Positions 63,722-64,000 of a stretch of 64,000 nt of DNA are shown here, piece after piece (position 1 is the stretch's first letter; each line of letters begins with the position of its first letter). The DNA lies in contig JBFWXH010000020.1 of NCBI GenBank assembly GCA_050187625.1, positions 15,355 through 79,354 on the forward strand, in the 5' to 3' direction. Position numbers and translations under genes: made by a program. A model generated the notes under the pieces. The model saw nothing but the letters and a program-made list of their open reading frames with translations. It had not been told where the DNA came from and made no database searches. Source of the stretch: Candidatus Binatia bacterium (GTDB lineage: Bacteria; Desulfobacterota; Binatia; Bin18).

Positions 63722-64000
63722 TTATCCTTGCCTTTGGGCGTTAAGAATCGCTTTGAAATCTCCGGTGCGTAACGTTCCCACCACATTGAGGTCCTTGTCT
63801 AGCATGTCGAACAGCGTGTCCGTCTCTCCACGCACGCTGTAGTACAAAACGCATCCATTGGGACCACCTCCTTCATCATGGGCGTCCCTCCCCGTTCCAA
63901 AGGTATACCGACCGACTGGGCGCACCTCTCTGACCTGGCCATCGGGTTCATAAATCACGTGATCTCCCTCAACGACAAAGGTATTGGTGTCGGCAAGATG
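63722..64000 (-). CDS. Small cupin-like protein, paralogue 3 of 3 (5' end outside window)
   Basis: The frame stays open to the window edge: HLADTNTFVVEGDHVIYEPDGQVREVRPVGRY...LFDMLDKD aligns with HRHLALTNTLVVQGEHRLYEPNGKLKEVRPVGSY...LFEVLDDD. Confidence 0.6.
   Translation of the reverse strand, partial: HLADTNTFVVEGDHVIYEPDGQVREVRPVGRYTFGTGRDAHDEGGGPNGCVLYYSVRGETDTLFDMLDKDLNVVGTLRTGDFKAILNAQRQG

Noticed and set aside
1-64000. Search for rRNA, tRNA, tmRNA and RNase P genes
   Set aside because: No cloverleaf-like or rRNA-like conserved stretches were noticed in the non-coding spacers while reading. This is a visual negative only. tRNAscan-SE or Infernal would be needed to be sure.

Overview
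64-kb window from a GC-rich (about 55-60% in spot counts of 60-nt lines) diderm bacterium; a TonB-dependent receptor is present, and it is probably an uncultivated or metagenomic lineage. I count about 48 credible protein genes and 4 gene remnants. I recognised no rRNA, tRNA or CRISPR array. The window is dominated by a very dense oxygenase / ketone-catabolism island. It holds seven type-I Baeyer-Villiger monooxygenase (BVMO) paralogues, five luciferase-like (LLM) flavin monooxygenases and one HpaB-type hydroxylase. It also holds four VOC/glyoxalase-fold proteins, two amidohydrolase-2 enzymes, an HSL-type esterase, a limonene-epoxide-hydrolase-like protein and a SnoaL-like protein. Acyl-CoA functions include two unusual ~810-aa tandem-fused family-III CoA-transferases, two thiolases, a DUF35 protein, an acyl-CoA dehydrogenase, a crotonase, an SDR, a ThDP enzyme and a BKACE enzyme. 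Three paralogous small cupin-like proteins of unknown role recur next to BVMO/thiolase genes. The island is interrupted by two solitary low-GC (about 40-45%) orphan genes at 10341-11288 and 39785-40843; the second has a C-terminal R-x4-H HEPN-like motif. It is also interrupted by a REP-associated tyrosine transposase embedded in three classes of REP hairpins, and by a decayed, orphan type-I restriction hsdR next to a truncated HNH gene. At least four families of palindromic MITE/REP-like repeats fill the intergenic spacers and create false N-terminal extensions in the ORF track. I could recognise no transcription factor and no flavin reductase partner. All functional calls rest on motif and family recognition by eye; no database search, HMM, folding or statistics could be run. 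Start codons were chosen by RBS context.
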